NCBI GenBank assembly: GCA_039795895.1
Contig: JBDKKW010000001.1
Location: forward strand, 18,837 to 82,836
Reading direction: 5' to 3'
DNA from: Candidatus Parcubacteria bacterium
GTDB lineage: Bacteria > Patescibacteriota > Minisyncoccia > Phycocordibacterales > JBAYGS01
Length of the DNA stretch: 64,000 bases
A model generated the notes under the pieces. That model was not told the DNA's origin and ran no database searches. It saw only the letters and a program-made list of their open reading frames with translations. Below are positions 36,898 through 46,791 of the stretch, in pieces (within the stretch, counting starts at the first letter, position 1; every line of letters begins with the position of its first letter). A program made the position numbers and the translations under genes.

Positions 36898-38094
36898 ATG
36901 TCAAGAAAGGCTCAAACAACCAAGCGAATCTATCTCGACTATGCATCGACCACTCCGGTGGATACGCGTGTGGTGCGAGCGATGAAGCGATACCAGTCGC
37001 AAGATTTTGGTAATCCGAGTTCGATTCACGCGGAGGGGGTGGTAGCAAAGAAGGTGCTTATGGATGCGCGGAAAAAAGTGGCCACACTTTTTTCCGCGCA
37101 TCCAGACGAGGTTATTTTCACTTCCGGAGGGACCGAAGCAAACAATCTCGCTATTTTAGGGACACTTTATGAGCTTGAGAAAAAAGGTGTATCGATTTCA
37201 AAGATGCACGCGATTACTTCAGTGGTTGAACATAGTTCAATCCTTGAATGTTTTAAACAGCTTCAGTCTCGAGGGATGTGGGTGGATTTTGCTCTGGTGA
37301 CCGAAAAAGGGATTGTTGATCTGAAAGCTTTCAAAAAATTGCTACGCCCTGAGACGGTGCTGGTGTCAGTGCAGTATGTAAATAATGAAATCGGAACTAT
37401 TCAGCCAATACGAGAGATTGCCAAATTGCTACGTCATCAGCAAAAGATGAAGGGTAAGAAAATACTTTTGCATACCGACGCTAGTCAGGCTGGGCAGTAT
37501 CTAGATATGAATACACAAGTGCTAGGAGTCGATTTACTAACGATTGATGCCCACAAAATGTATGGACCAAAAGGGGTAGGAGCTTTGTTTGTAAAAAGGG
37601 GGGTTGCATTAGCTCCACTTTTGTTTGGAGGGAAGCAGGAAGGAGGACTTCGATCTACTACTGAAAATGTTGCTGGTGTTGTCGGACTCTCTGAGGCTTT
37701 TGCACTTTCGGTGGCACTCCGAGATGCGGAGACGAAGCGTCTTTCGGCACTACGAGATTATTTTTTCAAATCGGTTCAAAAAATGGTGCCGAGAATTTGT
37801 ATTAATGGCGATCTGGATCTACGCCTCCCAAATAATATCAATATCTCAATTCCGGGACTTGATGCTGAGTATGCAGTACTCCAGTTTGATGCAGAGGGGG
37901 TTGCTGTATCGACCAAGAGTTCATGTCTTACTAATGAGAGTTTATCGTATGTTGTCTTTGCATTAGGCGGGGACAAGGAACGAGCCTCGACCTCACTTCG
38001 ATTTGCTTTTGGACGTGACACGACGAAAGAAAAGATTGATCAGGTGCTTTTAATTTTGAAAAAGATTCTTACGGGGCAAAAAATCATTACGTAG
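36898..38094 (+). CDS. iscS: Cysteine desulfurase (IscS/NifS class, PLP-dependent)
   Basis: YLDYASTTPVD..., PLP-lysine region TIDAHKMYGPKGVGALFVK, ..SSCLT. Confidence 0.85.
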   Translation: MSRKAQTTKRIYLDYASTTPVDTRVVRAMKRYQSQDFGNPSSIHAEGVVAKKVLMDARKKVATLFSAHPDEVIFTSGGTEANNLAILGTLYELEKKGVSISKMHAITSVVEHSSILECFKQLQSRGMWVDFALVTEKGIVDLKAFKKLLRPETVLVSVQYVNNEIGTIQPIREIAKLLRHQQKMKGKKILLHTDASQAGQYLDMNTQVLGVDLLTIDAHKMYGPKGVGALFVKRGVALAPLLFGGKQEGGLRSTTENVAGVVGLSEAFALSVALRDAETKRLSALRDYFFKSVQKMVPRICINGDLDLRLPNNINISIPGLDAEYAVLQFDAEGVAVSTKSSCLTNESLSYVVFALGGDKERASTSLRFAFGRDTTKEKIDQVLLILKKILTGQKIIT

Positions 38095-38191
38095 AAGAGG
38101 TGTTGACGGAATATCAATATATATGGTACTTTAGTTATAGAACAAAGCGGTATTTTTACCGTCTGCACCTTCAAAAAGAAAGGCATACCGT

Positions 38192-39145
38192 ATGTTGGTT
38201 ACGATAAGTGTTCCTGATGAGTTATTTGCATCAGTAAATGAGCTTGCTACGCGATTAGGAATTACCGGAGATGAATGTTTGATTCGTATGCTCCGGGTGG
38301 GTGTACACAAGATTAGGTGTTCAGATCCGAGTCGACAACTTTCTGATGAAGAAAGGAAAAGAGTGGCAGAGTTGTTTGGTACCAAGACGTGGCGTGAGAT
38401 TGCACAAGAGCTTGGTCGCAAGAAAAAGGACATAAAAGAATGTTGGATGGCTTTGGTCAAAAAGTATGTCGCTGAAAATTGGAAAACAGCAAGTGACTCT
38501 CAGATAGCGACTCGTATTAAGAGTAACACTAATACCGTGTGCGTTATTCGTCGATCCCTCGGACTAGTCCGTCCCATAGATAGTAAGCTTAAGTCTCGTG
38601 TTGGACCGCCTGATCCGACCTCCATTAAAACAATTGATCCTGTCGAGATACGGGAATTACTGTTGAATGGCGGTAAGACGATCACGGACTTGATTACTCA
38701 CTATGGGCTTGCGGTTACTCGTCAACGAATGAAGCAGATTTGTCACGAGAAAGATTGCTGGATTGATCCAGTGAGACGAACGGCGAAATGGTATGCTACA
38801 CGTTACAATAACCCCGACCTTGCTAGCAGAGAAAAGCTTTGTGAGCTTCGTAAGGTTCATAAAACTTTTACGGGTTTGTCTGCAAGACTTACTGTAAGTG
38901 TTACAATCCTCGAACGAATTTGGGCCTTACATGGAATCCCTCGTCCGAAAGATAATTGTGAGAGTCGAGTACAGTGTACGTGTAGTAACCCTGCTTGCGG
39001 TAAGCAATTTACGAGATACACAAATAATAAGAATAGGTTGGGTAATCTTGTTCTTCATCCGTCTTGTTCGCACACTTGTCGCAACATAGTATCAAGACTC
39101 TTTCCTCCGCGGCTAAAAGGAAAACCTCGGGAAAAGAAGGTGTGA
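38192..39145 (+). CDS. Hypothetical multi-domain DNA-binding protein: N-terminal ribbon-helix-helix, two sigma-70 region-4-like HTH segments, C-terminal Cys-rich zinc ribbon
   Basis: MLVTISVPDELFASVNELATRLGIT (RHH); SDEERKRVAELFGTKTWREIAQELGRKKKDIKECW (r4-like); CTCSNPACGKQF..HPSCSHTCRN. Confidence 0.45.
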   Translation: MLVTISVPDELFASVNELATRLGITGDECLIRMLRVGVHKIRCSDPSRQLSDEERKRVAELFGTKTWREIAQELGRKKKDIKECWMALVKKYVAENWKTASDSQIATRIKSNTNTVCVIRRSLGLVRPIDSKLKSRVGPPDPTSIKTIDPVEIRELLLNGGKTITDLITHYGLAVTRQRMKQICHEKDCWIDPVRRTAKWYATRYNNPDLASREKLCELRKVHKTFTGLSARLTVSVTILERIWALHGIPRPKDNCESRVQCTCSNPACGKQFTRYTNNKNRLGNLVLHPSCSHTCRNIVSRLFPPRLKGKPREKKV

Positions 39146-39165
39146 TCTTTTGGTTTCGAAACCGT

Positions 39166-39235
39166 ACTACCTGAGGGTGTTACGGTTTTTTTTATTTGGA
39201 GCCGGATTTTGCGGAGCAAAATCCGGCTCTTTTCT
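39166..39235 (+). terminator. Tandem terminators AAACCGTActacctgagggtgtTACGGTTTTTTTT and GAGCCGGATTTTGCggaGCAAAATCCGGCTCTTTTC
   Basis: Two consecutive hairpin-plus-T-run structures. Confidence 0.65.
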
Positions 39236-39261
39236 ATTTGGTTATTTAAAAACAATACGGT

Positions 39262-40134
39262 ATGATTATCGCAATGGATCATCTCAATAAACAACAACTT
39301 GTTCTCCTTGCACTCCTCTTGAGTTTTGTGACTTCGATTGCTACTGGTATCGTGACGGTGTCTTTGGTCAATCAGGCGCCTCCGGCAGTGACGCAGACGA
39401 TCAATCGTGTAGTAGAGCGTACAATTGAAAAAGTAGTACCAGCGCAGGGTGCCGCGGTGGTGACCCATGAGACCGTGGTGGTCAAGTCAGATGAAGCCGC
39501 AATCAATTCTATCGAAAAAAATTCAGCGAGTATTGTGCGCATCAAGACCATGCTTGATCCGTTTACCTCAGGTAATACTTCGGGCGAGCCGGTTGAGGTG
39601 TTTGTGGGGTTGGGATTGGTAGTATCAAAAGACGGTATTATTTTGGGGGATAAAGGGTTGCTCTCAGGTAAGCCAAACTATAGCGGTGTGTTTGCAGATG
39701 GCACCAAAATGCTTCTGTCTCCAGTGGCAAGTGATGATGAGAGTACGATTGTACTTTTTCAGGCAATCAAAGATCCAAATGCAAAACAGACCACGGCGTT
39801 TGTGCCGGCAACTCTCGGTGATTCTGATGCACTCAGACTTGGACAGACAGTGATTTCGGTATCAGGTAAAGAGCAAAATAGTATTGCGATGGGAATTGTG
39901 GCTAGTCTGATTGGAAAGACTGACGCTGACGGCAACAAAATTATTCGCGCCGTCGAAACCGATACCAATCTTTCGGGAAGTATCCTTGGGAGTTTCCTCC
40001 TTGATTTGTCTGGAAATATTGTGGGAATTAAGGGCGGAGCAGATGCTCAGAGTGATTCAAAAAATTTGTATGTAACCATTAGTCCGATTAAAAAGAAATT
40101 GGCTGCACTCTTGGACACGCTCAAAGGGAGGTAG
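39262..40134 (+). CDS. Membrane-anchored trypsin-like (S1C/HtrA-family-like) protein, possibly catalytically degenerate
   Basis: ..TDTNLSGSILGSFLLDLSGNIVGIKGG.. resembles the GNSGGPL..G.VIGI region but has no canonical GNSGG. Confidence 0.45.
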   Translation: MIIAMDHLNKQQLVLLALLLSFVTSIATGIVTVSLVNQAPPAVTQTINRVVERTIEKVVPAQGAAVVTHETVVVKSDEAAINSIEKNSASIVRIKTMLDPFTSGNTSGEPVEVFVGLGLVVSKDGIILGDKGLLSGKPNYSGVFADGTKMLLSPVASDDESTIVLFQAIKDPNAKQTTAFVPATLGDSDALRLGQTVISVSGKEQNSIAMGIVASLIGKTDADGNKIIRAVETDTNLSGSILGSFLLDLSGNIVGIKGGADAQSDSKNLYVTISPIKKKLAALLDTLKGR

Positions 40135-40151
40135 TGGTGGTGGGGGGGGTG

Positions 40152-40188
40152 AAAAATGAGGGGCGCCGTAGGCGCCCCTCATTTTTCT
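40152..40188 (+). terminator. Terminator AAAAATGAGGGGCGCCgtaGGCGCCCCTCATTTTTC (a G8 tract lies just upstream at 40143-40150)
   Basis: Hairpin plus T-run. Confidence 0.6.
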
Positions 40189-40223
40189 TGCTTCTTCTCC
40201 ACCCCTCAGTATATACTTTCCCT

Positions 40224-42926
40224 ATGCCTCCATTTCAAAATTTCACTACCAAAGCAAAAGAAGTGATTCGCAAAGCGCACGAGCTCGCTATTGAGCGAGG
40301 GCAGAACCACGTCAATCCGATCCACCTCCTGTCGGCCCTGATTTTGCAAGACGAAAGTATCGTACTTTCCATTCTCGAAAAGCTCGGTATTGATACGATT
40401 TTGCTCACCGATTCTATTTTGGACCAAATCGAAACTCCTGAAGGATCGGCAACCTTGTCGGCTTCGTATCAGATTTATTTGACCCCCGAGTTGGCTCAGA
40501 CTATCGAGATGTCTGGCAAGATCGCTGCGTCTATGAAAGATGAGTTTATCTCAACCGAACATCTCTTTTTGGCGCTGTTTGATATTGTCGGTCCTGCAAA
40601 AGAATTGTTGGCTCGATTTAAAATTGATAAGGTCAATGTGCACCGTGTGCTCGAGGAGATCAAAAGCTCAAAGAGTCATGACTCCGTCACGCCAAAGAAA
40701 AATAAATCGTTGGCAAAATACACGCGCAATCTTACCAAGCTTGCGATGGAAAACAAGCTCGACCCAGTGATCGGCCGAGACACTGAAATTTCCCGTATCA
40801 TTCAAATCCTCTCTCGTCGCACTAAAAATAATCCCATCTTGATCGGTGAGGCGGGGGTAGGAAAGACGGCGATTGTTGAAGGACTCGCCAATCGTATGGC
40901 GCTCGGTGACGTGCCAGAATCGCTCAAAGACAAAGAGTTGGTATCACTCGATCTCGGGGCTTTGATTGCAGGGACCAAGTATCGCGGAGAATTTGAAGAG
41001 CGTCTTAAAAATTTGATCAAGGAAATTGAGCGTTCAGAAGGAAAGATTATTTTGTTTATCGATGAAATCCATACCATTGTTGGTGCAGGTTCAGCTGAGG
41101 GTGCAATGGACGCGTCGAATATGATGAAGCCGGCGCTGGCACGAGGCGAGCTTCGAGCAATTGGAGCGACGACAATTCGTGAGTATCAAAAACATGTTGA
41201 GAAAGATTTGGCTCTCACACGACGTTTCCAACCGGTGCAGGTAGTAGAGCCGTCGATTGAAGATGCGGTGGCTATTTTGCGCGGACTCAAAGAGAAATAC
41301 GAATTGTTCCACGGGGTCCGTATCACAGATGATGCTATCCTTTCGGCGGTCAATCTCGGCGCTCGCTACATTACCGACCGATTCTTGCCAGATAAGGCGG
41401 TGGATTTGATTGATGAAGCAGCATCAGCCCTCAAGATCTCGCTTGAGACAATGCCACCTGAGCTTGAAGATTCACATCGAAAGGTGATGCGTCTTGAGAT
41501 TGAAAAGGAAGCGTTGAAAAAAGAGGCAGATGCACCAAACAAAAAGAAGACCAAGGAGCGCATCAAGGGTATTGAATCAGAGATCGCAGACCTCAAAGAA
41601 AAGACTGAGGAGCTCGAGCTCAAATGGAAAAATGAGAAAGAGACGATTTCTGAAATCAAGCAGATCAAAAAACAACTCGAACATTTGCGCCTCGACGCTG
41701 AATCAGCAGAAGCGAAGGCTGATTTGTCGAAGGTGGCCGAGATTCGCTATGGCAAAATTCCTAATCTCGAAAAAGAATTGGATACTAAGAGTAAGCGTTT
41801 GAAGAAATTGCAGAGTTCACGCCGGATTCTCAAAGAAGAAATTACCGAATCAGATATTGCTGATGTGGTTTCTCGCTGGACCAGTATTCCTGTTGCTCGA
41901 ATGCTTGAAGAAGAGGCGGAGAAGCTTTCTCGAATGGAGGAAGTGCTCAAAAATCGCATCAAAGGGCAGGACGAAGCGGTGCAGAAAATTTCAGATGCGG
42001 TGAAGCGATCTCGCGCCGGCATCGCTGACCCCAATCGACCAATCGGCTCGTTTATCTTCTTGGGTCCGACCGGTGTGGGTAAGACCGAGCTCACCAAGGC
42101 CTTGGCAGAATTTATGTTCAACGACGACAAGGCACTCATCCGTGTCGACATGTCTGAATTTATGGAGAAGCATTCTGTCAGTAAGCTGATCGGTGCGCCT
42201 CCAGGCTATGTAGGGTACGACGAAAGTGGCGGACTGACTGAAATGGTCCGACATCGTCCATACTCGGTGATTCTCTTTGATGAAATTGAGAAGGCACACC
42301 CAGAAGTTTTCAATGTGCTTCTCCAAGTGCTTGATAACGGCCGATTGACCGATACCAAGGGGCGCGTGGTCAACTTCAAAAACACCGTGATTATTATGAC
42401 CTCAAACATTGGGGCGCAATACATCGACAAGATGGAGAAGATCGGCTTTGCTGAGACAGCGAGTGAAAAGCAAGAATATGTCGACGTGAAATCAAAAGTG
42501 TTGGTCAGTCTCAAGGATTATTTCCGCCCAGAATTTTTGAATCGCCTAGATGATGTGATTATCTTCAATATCTTGAGTGAGTCAGCGATCAAAGACATCG
42601 TGGAGATTCAGATTGCTCAAGTGAAGACACGATTGGCGGATAAAGAAATTACTCTCGAAGTGACTCCTGCGGTCATCAGCTTCCTTGCAAAAGAGGGGTA
42701 CAATCCTCAGTATGGTGCCCGACCACTCAAGCGCTTGATCCAAGATAAAATTTTGACCAAGGTGGCAGGTCTCATGATTTCAAAAGGTATTCTTCGTGGG
42801 GGTATCGTATCGATTGATGTAAAAGATGGTCAGTTTGTGTTTGATGTGAAGAAAGGTAAAAAGGGAAGTGTGCTGGTGGATGACGCTCCGGTAAAGTTTG
42901 TACCCTCTGAAGTTTCCTCAAAGTAG
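40224..42926 (+). CDS. clpB: ATP-dependent chaperone ClpB (two AAA+ modules plus coiled-coil middle domain)
   Basis: Clp N-domain; Walker [14 protein letters not shown] and [14 protein letters not shown]; long coiled-coil M-domain. Start trimmed to MPPFQNF. Confidence 0.95.
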   Translation: MPPFQNFTTKAKEVIRKAHELAIERGQNHVNPIHLLSALILQDESIVLSILEKLGIDTILLTDSILDQIETPEGSATLSASYQIYLTPELAQTIEMSGKIAASMKDEFISTEHLFLALFDIVGPAKELLARFKIDKVNVHRVLEEIKSSKSHDSVTPKKNKSLAKYTRNLTKLAMENKLDPVIGRDTEISRIIQILSRRTKNNPILIGEAGVGKTAIVEGLANRMALGDVPESLKDKELVSLDLGALIAGTKYRGEFEERLKNLIKEIERSEGKIILFIDEIHTIVGAGSAEGAMDASNMMKPALARGELRAIGATTIREYQKHVEKDLALTRRFQPVQVVEPSIEDAVAILRGLKEKYELFHGVRITDDAILSAVNLGARYITDRFLPDKAVDLIDEAASALKISLETMPPELEDSHRKVMRLEIEKEALKKEADAPNKKKTKERIKGIESEIADLKEKTEELELKWKNEKETISEIKQIKKQLEHLRLDAESAEAKADLSKVAEIRYGKIPNLEKELDTKSKRLKKLQSSRRILKEEITESDIADVVSRWTSIPVARMLEEEAEKLSRMEEVLKNRIKGQDEAVQKISDAVKRSRAGIADPNRPIGSFIFLGPTGVGKTELTKALAEFMFNDDKALIRVDMSEFMEKHSVSKLIGAPPGYVGYDESGGLTEMVRHRPYSVILFDEIEKAHPEVFNVLLQVLDNGRLTDTKGRVVNFKNTVIIMTSNIGAQYIDKMEKIGFAETASEKQEYVDVKSKVLVSLKDYFRPEFLNRLDDVIIFNILSESAIKDIVEIQIAQVKTRLADKEITLEVTPAVISFLAKEGYNPQYGARPLKRLIQDKILTKVAGLMISKGILRGGIVSIDVKDGQFVFDVKKGKKGSVLVDDAPVKFVPSEVSSK

Positions 42927-42967
42927 AGTTTGGAGATTTTACTTTTTCTGCATTTAGCCTTAGACTG

Positions 42968-43054
42968 TATGTCACGCGTAGGTGGCAGAGCGGTCAATTG
43001 CAAGAGACTGTAAATCTCTCGCCCTTTGGGCTACGGGGGTTCAAATCCCTCCCT
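42968..43054 (+). tRNA. tRNA-Tyr (anticodon GTA), long variable arm, CCA encoded
   Basis: GCGTAGGTGGCAGAGCGGTCAATTGCAAGAGACTGTAAATCTCTCGCCCTTTGGGCTACGGGGGTTCAAATCCCTCCCTACGCACCA. Confidence 0.8.
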
Positions 43055-43055
43055 A

Positions 43056-43088
43056 CGCACCAATAAAAAACACTGGTTCAAAACCAGT
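43056..43088 (+). terminator. Terminator AAAAAACACTGGTTcaaaACCAGTGTTTTTT
   Basis: Perfect hairpin flanked by A and T runs. Confidence 0.65.
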
Positions 43089-43094
43089 GTTTTT

Positions 43095-43186
43095 TATTGG
43101 TTATGTAGAGGGATTTGAACCGCGGGCCGCAACTCGCGAAGAGCGAGTGAAGGTTTCGAGCACAGCAGTGCGAGAGGCAAATCCCT
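43095..43186. repeat. tRNA-Tyr fragment duplications: inverted partial copy GTAGAGGGATTTGAACCGCGGG and direct copy CAAATCCCTCCCTATG of the tRNA 3' end, forming a long hairpin
   Basis: The 16-nt direct repeat has one mismatch versus tRNA 3' CAAATCCCTCCCTACG. GAGGGATTTG (43098-43107) pairs with CAAATCCCTC (43171-43180). Confidence 0.55.
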
Positions 43187-43208
43187 CCCTATGTTATACT
43201 TTTCTCAT

Positions 43209-44351
43209 ATGAAAATTTCAAAAATCGCTATCATTTGTATCCTAGGTATTCTTGCTATTGGGCTTGGTGGATATATGGCATTTAAAAAGATGACAGTGGA
43301 TGCTATTGGTTGGAAGACCTATACAAACTCAAAATACGGATTTGAAATCAATTATCCTTCTGACTATACTCTTGCTGATACACCAGGAGTAAATACTGGT
43401 GGTCTGAATCGAGACCAGTACGAAGCGACTCCGTTCCCTTTGCCACTACCACGAATTGTAAACTTTTCTGCCAAAAAAGAAGCGTATCTTGATGATGCGG
43501 GTCTCACTATTTTTGCAGACACGGCTATGGGTAATAAAAATGCATGTCTAAAAACAGGTGAGGGCAAAGATATTGTGCAGACCAAAGAAATCAATGGAAA
43601 TATTTTCTATGTTGTCTCAGACAAGGTGGGTGACGCTGCAATGGGTGGACAGCGAGGGCAATTTAGTGAGTATCGCATCGTTCATAACAATACCTGTTAT
43701 CTTATCGAGTCTCATGTGTCTTGGCATATTGTCGGGTACGGTGGATATATTAATACCGGTGTGTCTGACGCGACACCAGAGCAAACCAAAGCGCAACAAG
43801 ATAGCATTTCGAAACATACCAAGCTACTTGATACACTGCTTTCAACTTTTGTCTTTGTTGGATCAGAAACGTATCAAACAAAGAATACGTTAAAAACATA
43901 TCGGGATGAAAAGTATGGATTTGAATTTATGTACCCAGACACATACACCCTCAAGCAGAGTGTTATTGATGTTGGTAATGGGTCAGGGCGTACATTAGTG
44001 GTTGATTTTGATGATATTCGGAATGTGTCCACCTCCCTCAAGATCAATGCTGGTTTGTACAAACCTTCAGAATGTAATGTTCCTGTGAATGGTCCTTCGT
44101 ATACTAAAACCACTGTGGTGAATGGTATTCAGTTTTATACCGGAAATTCAGGGGATCGTGGTATGGGCATGGCACTTGATCAAGAGGGGTATTCGGTGGT
44201 ACACAACGGGGTGTGTTATCAGATTAATCTTGATATGGGATATCTGAGGTCTGCTGATGGTTCATATGCGGAGAATTTTGATAAGGCAAAAGTGGAAGAA
44301 GTATTTAAAAAGATAATGACTACATTTACGTTTGTTTCCGCAAAAAATTAG
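43209..44351 (+). CDS. Secreted/membrane-anchored protein with an internal tandem domain duplication
   Basis: Repeated modules KYGFEINYPSDYTL... and KYGFEFMYPDTYTL...; N-terminal TM or signal sequence. The region is relatively AT-rich. Confidence 0.55.
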   Translation: MKISKIAIICILGILAIGLGGYMAFKKMTVDAIGWKTYTNSKYGFEINYPSDYTLADTPGVNTGGLNRDQYEATPFPLPLPRIVNFSAKKEAYLDDAGLTIFADTAMGNKNACLKTGEGKDIVQTKEINGNIFYVVSDKVGDAAMGGQRGQFSEYRIVHNNTCYLIESHVSWHIVGYGGYINTGVSDATPEQTKAQQDSISKHTKLLDTLLSTFVFVGSETYQTKNTLKTYRDEKYGFEFMYPDTYTLKQSVIDVGNGSGRTLVVDFDDIRNVSTSLKINAGLYKPSECNVPVNGPSYTKTTVVNGIQFYTGNSGDRGMGMALDQEGYSVVHNGVCYQINLDMGYLRSADGSYAENFDKAKVEEVFKKIMTTFTFVSAKN

Positions 44352-44360
44352 TTATAGTAA

Positions 44361-44392
44361 AAACTCCCCAACGCGGTGCGCTGGGGAGTTTA
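44361..44392. terminator. Bidirectional terminator AAACTCCCCAacgcggtgcgcTGGGGAGTTT
   Basis: Sits between convergent genes. Confidence 0.55.
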
Positions 44393-44404
44393 TGTAAAGT
44401 GAAA

Positions 44405-44986
44405 TTACTTCAGGAAGCCGAGCATACCACCAATTTCCTGGAGGAGGTCGATGGGTCCACCAAAGATCCGTCGGTCAGTTTGGAGTTGATCCATAAAGAC
44501 TTCGCGCGGAGCGGCGTAGATGACGATGTCGTTGTGGAGGACAATGCTGTAGAGTGAATCCCAGCCGACCGTCGTGGTCACCTTCTTGTTCATATAAATA
44601 CGATCACTTGTGACGGTCAGATCCTTGTAGGGGATTTGGTAAAGTGTGTAGCTATTGAACTCAGGTAGGCGTTTGTCGAATCCGACATTGCCGTCGATGG
44701 CGTTACGAAACACATCGGGACCAAAGAGCTCACGAAAAGCAGGCACGCCAGTAAATTTCTGGACGTTGCGACTTTTGAGGTCAAATCCGGCCCATTCGAG
44801 GTCTGTCAGAGTGGTCTTGCCACGCACGATACCTTCGAATTTTTCTTTCAGGACCTGTCGGTCGTTCGAGAACATTCCCGTCTTGTTGCGATCCAGCTTG
44901 GTACGTTTACGGGCTGATTCACAGCCAGTACCAAGGGTGAGAATGAAGAGACTGCACAGTGCTACTGCCACAATACGTGATTTCAT
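44405..44986 (-). CDS. Putative lipoprotein (193 aa)
   Basis: Signal peptide ending LTLGTGC, a lipobox-like sequence. Confidence 0.5.
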   Translation of the reverse strand: MKSRIVAVALCSLFILTLGTGCESARKRTKLDRNKTGMFSNDRQVLKEKFEGIVRGKTTLTDLEWAGFDLKSRNVQKFTGVPAFRELFGPDVFRNAIDGNVGFDKRLPEFNSYTLYQIPYKDLTVTSDRIYMNKKVTTTVGWDSLYSIVLHNDIVIYAAPREVFMDQLQTDRRIFGGPIDLLQEIGGMLGFLK

Positions 44987-45136
44987 ACTAGGCTCCTAAA
45001 CGCTTGAAAACGAACTATTCCATATATAAGCGTACTCCTTCCGTACCCCCTGTCAACGCACATAAAAACAGTGTCATTTTGAGTAAAATAGTCAAAAAGC
45101 CCAGAAAATCGTTGCGATTTTCTGGGCTTTTCTGTA

Positions 45137-46285
45137 TTACGCCACCACCACTCTCCGCAACTGTTCTGGAATATGAATGAAGATCTCGTACGGGCTGGTC
45201 TCGCACAGTTTGGCAATATGCTCAGCGGAGTTTGGCGCGTTTCGGTCGGTACCGATTACGGTAACAAGGTCATTAAGTTTTGGATTCGGTACAGCACCAA
45301 TGTCGATTGTGGTGATATTCATGCTGACCCTACCGACGATCGGACATGGAACGTCTTTGATATATACAACTCCTTTGTTGGTGAGTCGCTTGTCCACACC
45401 CTCGTAGTAGCCAGCGGGAATGGTACCAATCAACATATCTTTTGGTGCGGTGAAGAGGAGTTCGTACCCAATATTTTCTCCTTTTTTCACGTGCTTAATA
45501 TTTCCTAATACGGCATGGAGTGAGAGGACTGGTTTGAAGGCAAGTGATTGTCCGAGCTTGGTGTGTAGGGCGAAGCCATAAAGACCAAGACCCGAACGAG
45601 AGACATTGGCGTCAATCTTGCTGTTGTAGTAGTTACCACTGGTAGCAGAGATGTGCCAGTACGTAAGCTTTGGAAACGATTTTTTGACAGTGATTACTGT
45701 TGCGTTCCAGAGATGGATTTGTTTTTCTGTAAAATGAGGATCGTCATTTGATGCGTCAGCGAAGTGCGAGCAGATACCTTCGAGGCGAATATAAGGATTA
45801 CTTTGGATCAGTGCAATTGCTTCGGTGATCTCGCGGTACAAAATTCCCTGGCGATGCATACCGGTGTCGATTTTGAGATGAAAGGTGGTCGGGCGAGTGA
45901 TTTTTGTTGCGAGGTCTTCAAGCTCAATAATACTCGTGATAGTGAACGCAATATTTTTCAGATGGTTTGCAAGAATATTTTTGGTGTGGGTGTAGCCCAT
46001 AATCAAAATTGGCGAAGTGATGTCTTCGTTGCGAAGCATTAGTGCCTCATAGTATGAGTCCACAACCAAAAAGGGGACTGATTGGGTGTCTAGAATTTCT
46101 GCGACCGCCACCAAGCCATGACCGTAGGCATTACTCTTGAGCATCGGGGCTACTCCTCTTTGCGGAGCAATCTTTCTGAGTTCGGCGAGGTTGTGAAGCA
46201 GGGCACTTTTCGAAATATGCACCTCAATCAGAGGTTCATATGGGTGATATGACTTGCGAAGATAGCGAAAGATACGACGAAACAT
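45137..46285 (-). CDS. alr: Alanine racemase
   Basis: PLP-lysine motif APMLKSNAYGHGL; 382 aa. Confidence 0.9.
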   Translation of the reverse strand: MFRRIFRYLRKSYHPYEPLIEVHISKSALLHNLAELRKIAPQRGVAPMLKSNAYGHGLVAVAEILDTQSVPFLVVDSYYEALMLRNEDITSPILIMGYTHTKNILANHLKNIAFTITSIIELEDLATKITRPTTFHLKIDTGMHRQGILYREITEAIALIQSNPYIRLEGICSHFADASNDDPHFTEKQIHLWNATVITVKKSFPKLTYWHISATSGNYYNSKIDANVSRSGLGLYGFALHTKLGQSLAFKPVLSLHAVLGNIKHVKKGENIGYELLFTAPKDMLIGTIPAGYYEGVDKRLTNKGVVYIKDVPCPIVGRVSMNITTIDIGAVPNPKLNDLVTVIGTDRNAPNSAEHIAKLCETSPYEIFIHIPEQLRRVVVA

Positions 46286-46452
46286 AGATACCGACAGTTT
46301 AGCATAAGTTAGTTAGATTTCTATTAGTTTTTATGGACTAGTCTGGGAGTACTTGACATATATCAATATTGGGTATATAATCGTCGACAGAACGAAATAG
46401 GGCAGAAAGCCCTGTTTTTCTTTGAAAATCAACCAAAAACGCAGTTAATCCT

Positions 46453-46749
46453 ATGCAAACGAAACATCCTGTGGTAGTTCAACGGAGCTACTTTGTTCTG
46501 GTCATGGCCTTTATTGTCGGTTTCCTTCTCCTCGCCGTCTTTATCAAGGTGGCGTGGAAGATGAAAAAGGATAAGGAGCAAGTCGCTCCGGTTACACCTC
46601 TCAAGGTGATGCCGACCACTGTGCCGGCGCACCAAGATCGCATTGTCCTCAACAAGGACGATGGTTCGGTCGTCGTCCGGACAAGCTTTTCGTTTGAGGT
46701 AGCCAAAGGGACCAATCATGGTCCTGCTGTCATACCTCAGTCGAAGTAA
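46453..46749 (+). CDS. Small membrane-anchored hypothetical protein (98 aa)
   Basis: N-terminal TM helix. GC-rich segment. Confidence 0.4.
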   Translation: MQTKHPVVVQRSYFVLVMAFIVGFLLLAVFIKVAWKMKKDKEQVAPVTPLKVMPTTVPAHQDRIVLNKDDGSVVVRTSFSFEVAKGTNHGPAVIPQSK

Positions 46750-46791
46750 CTGCGGTAAACCAAAACAAAAGCAAAGACAGAAAGCAAACGT

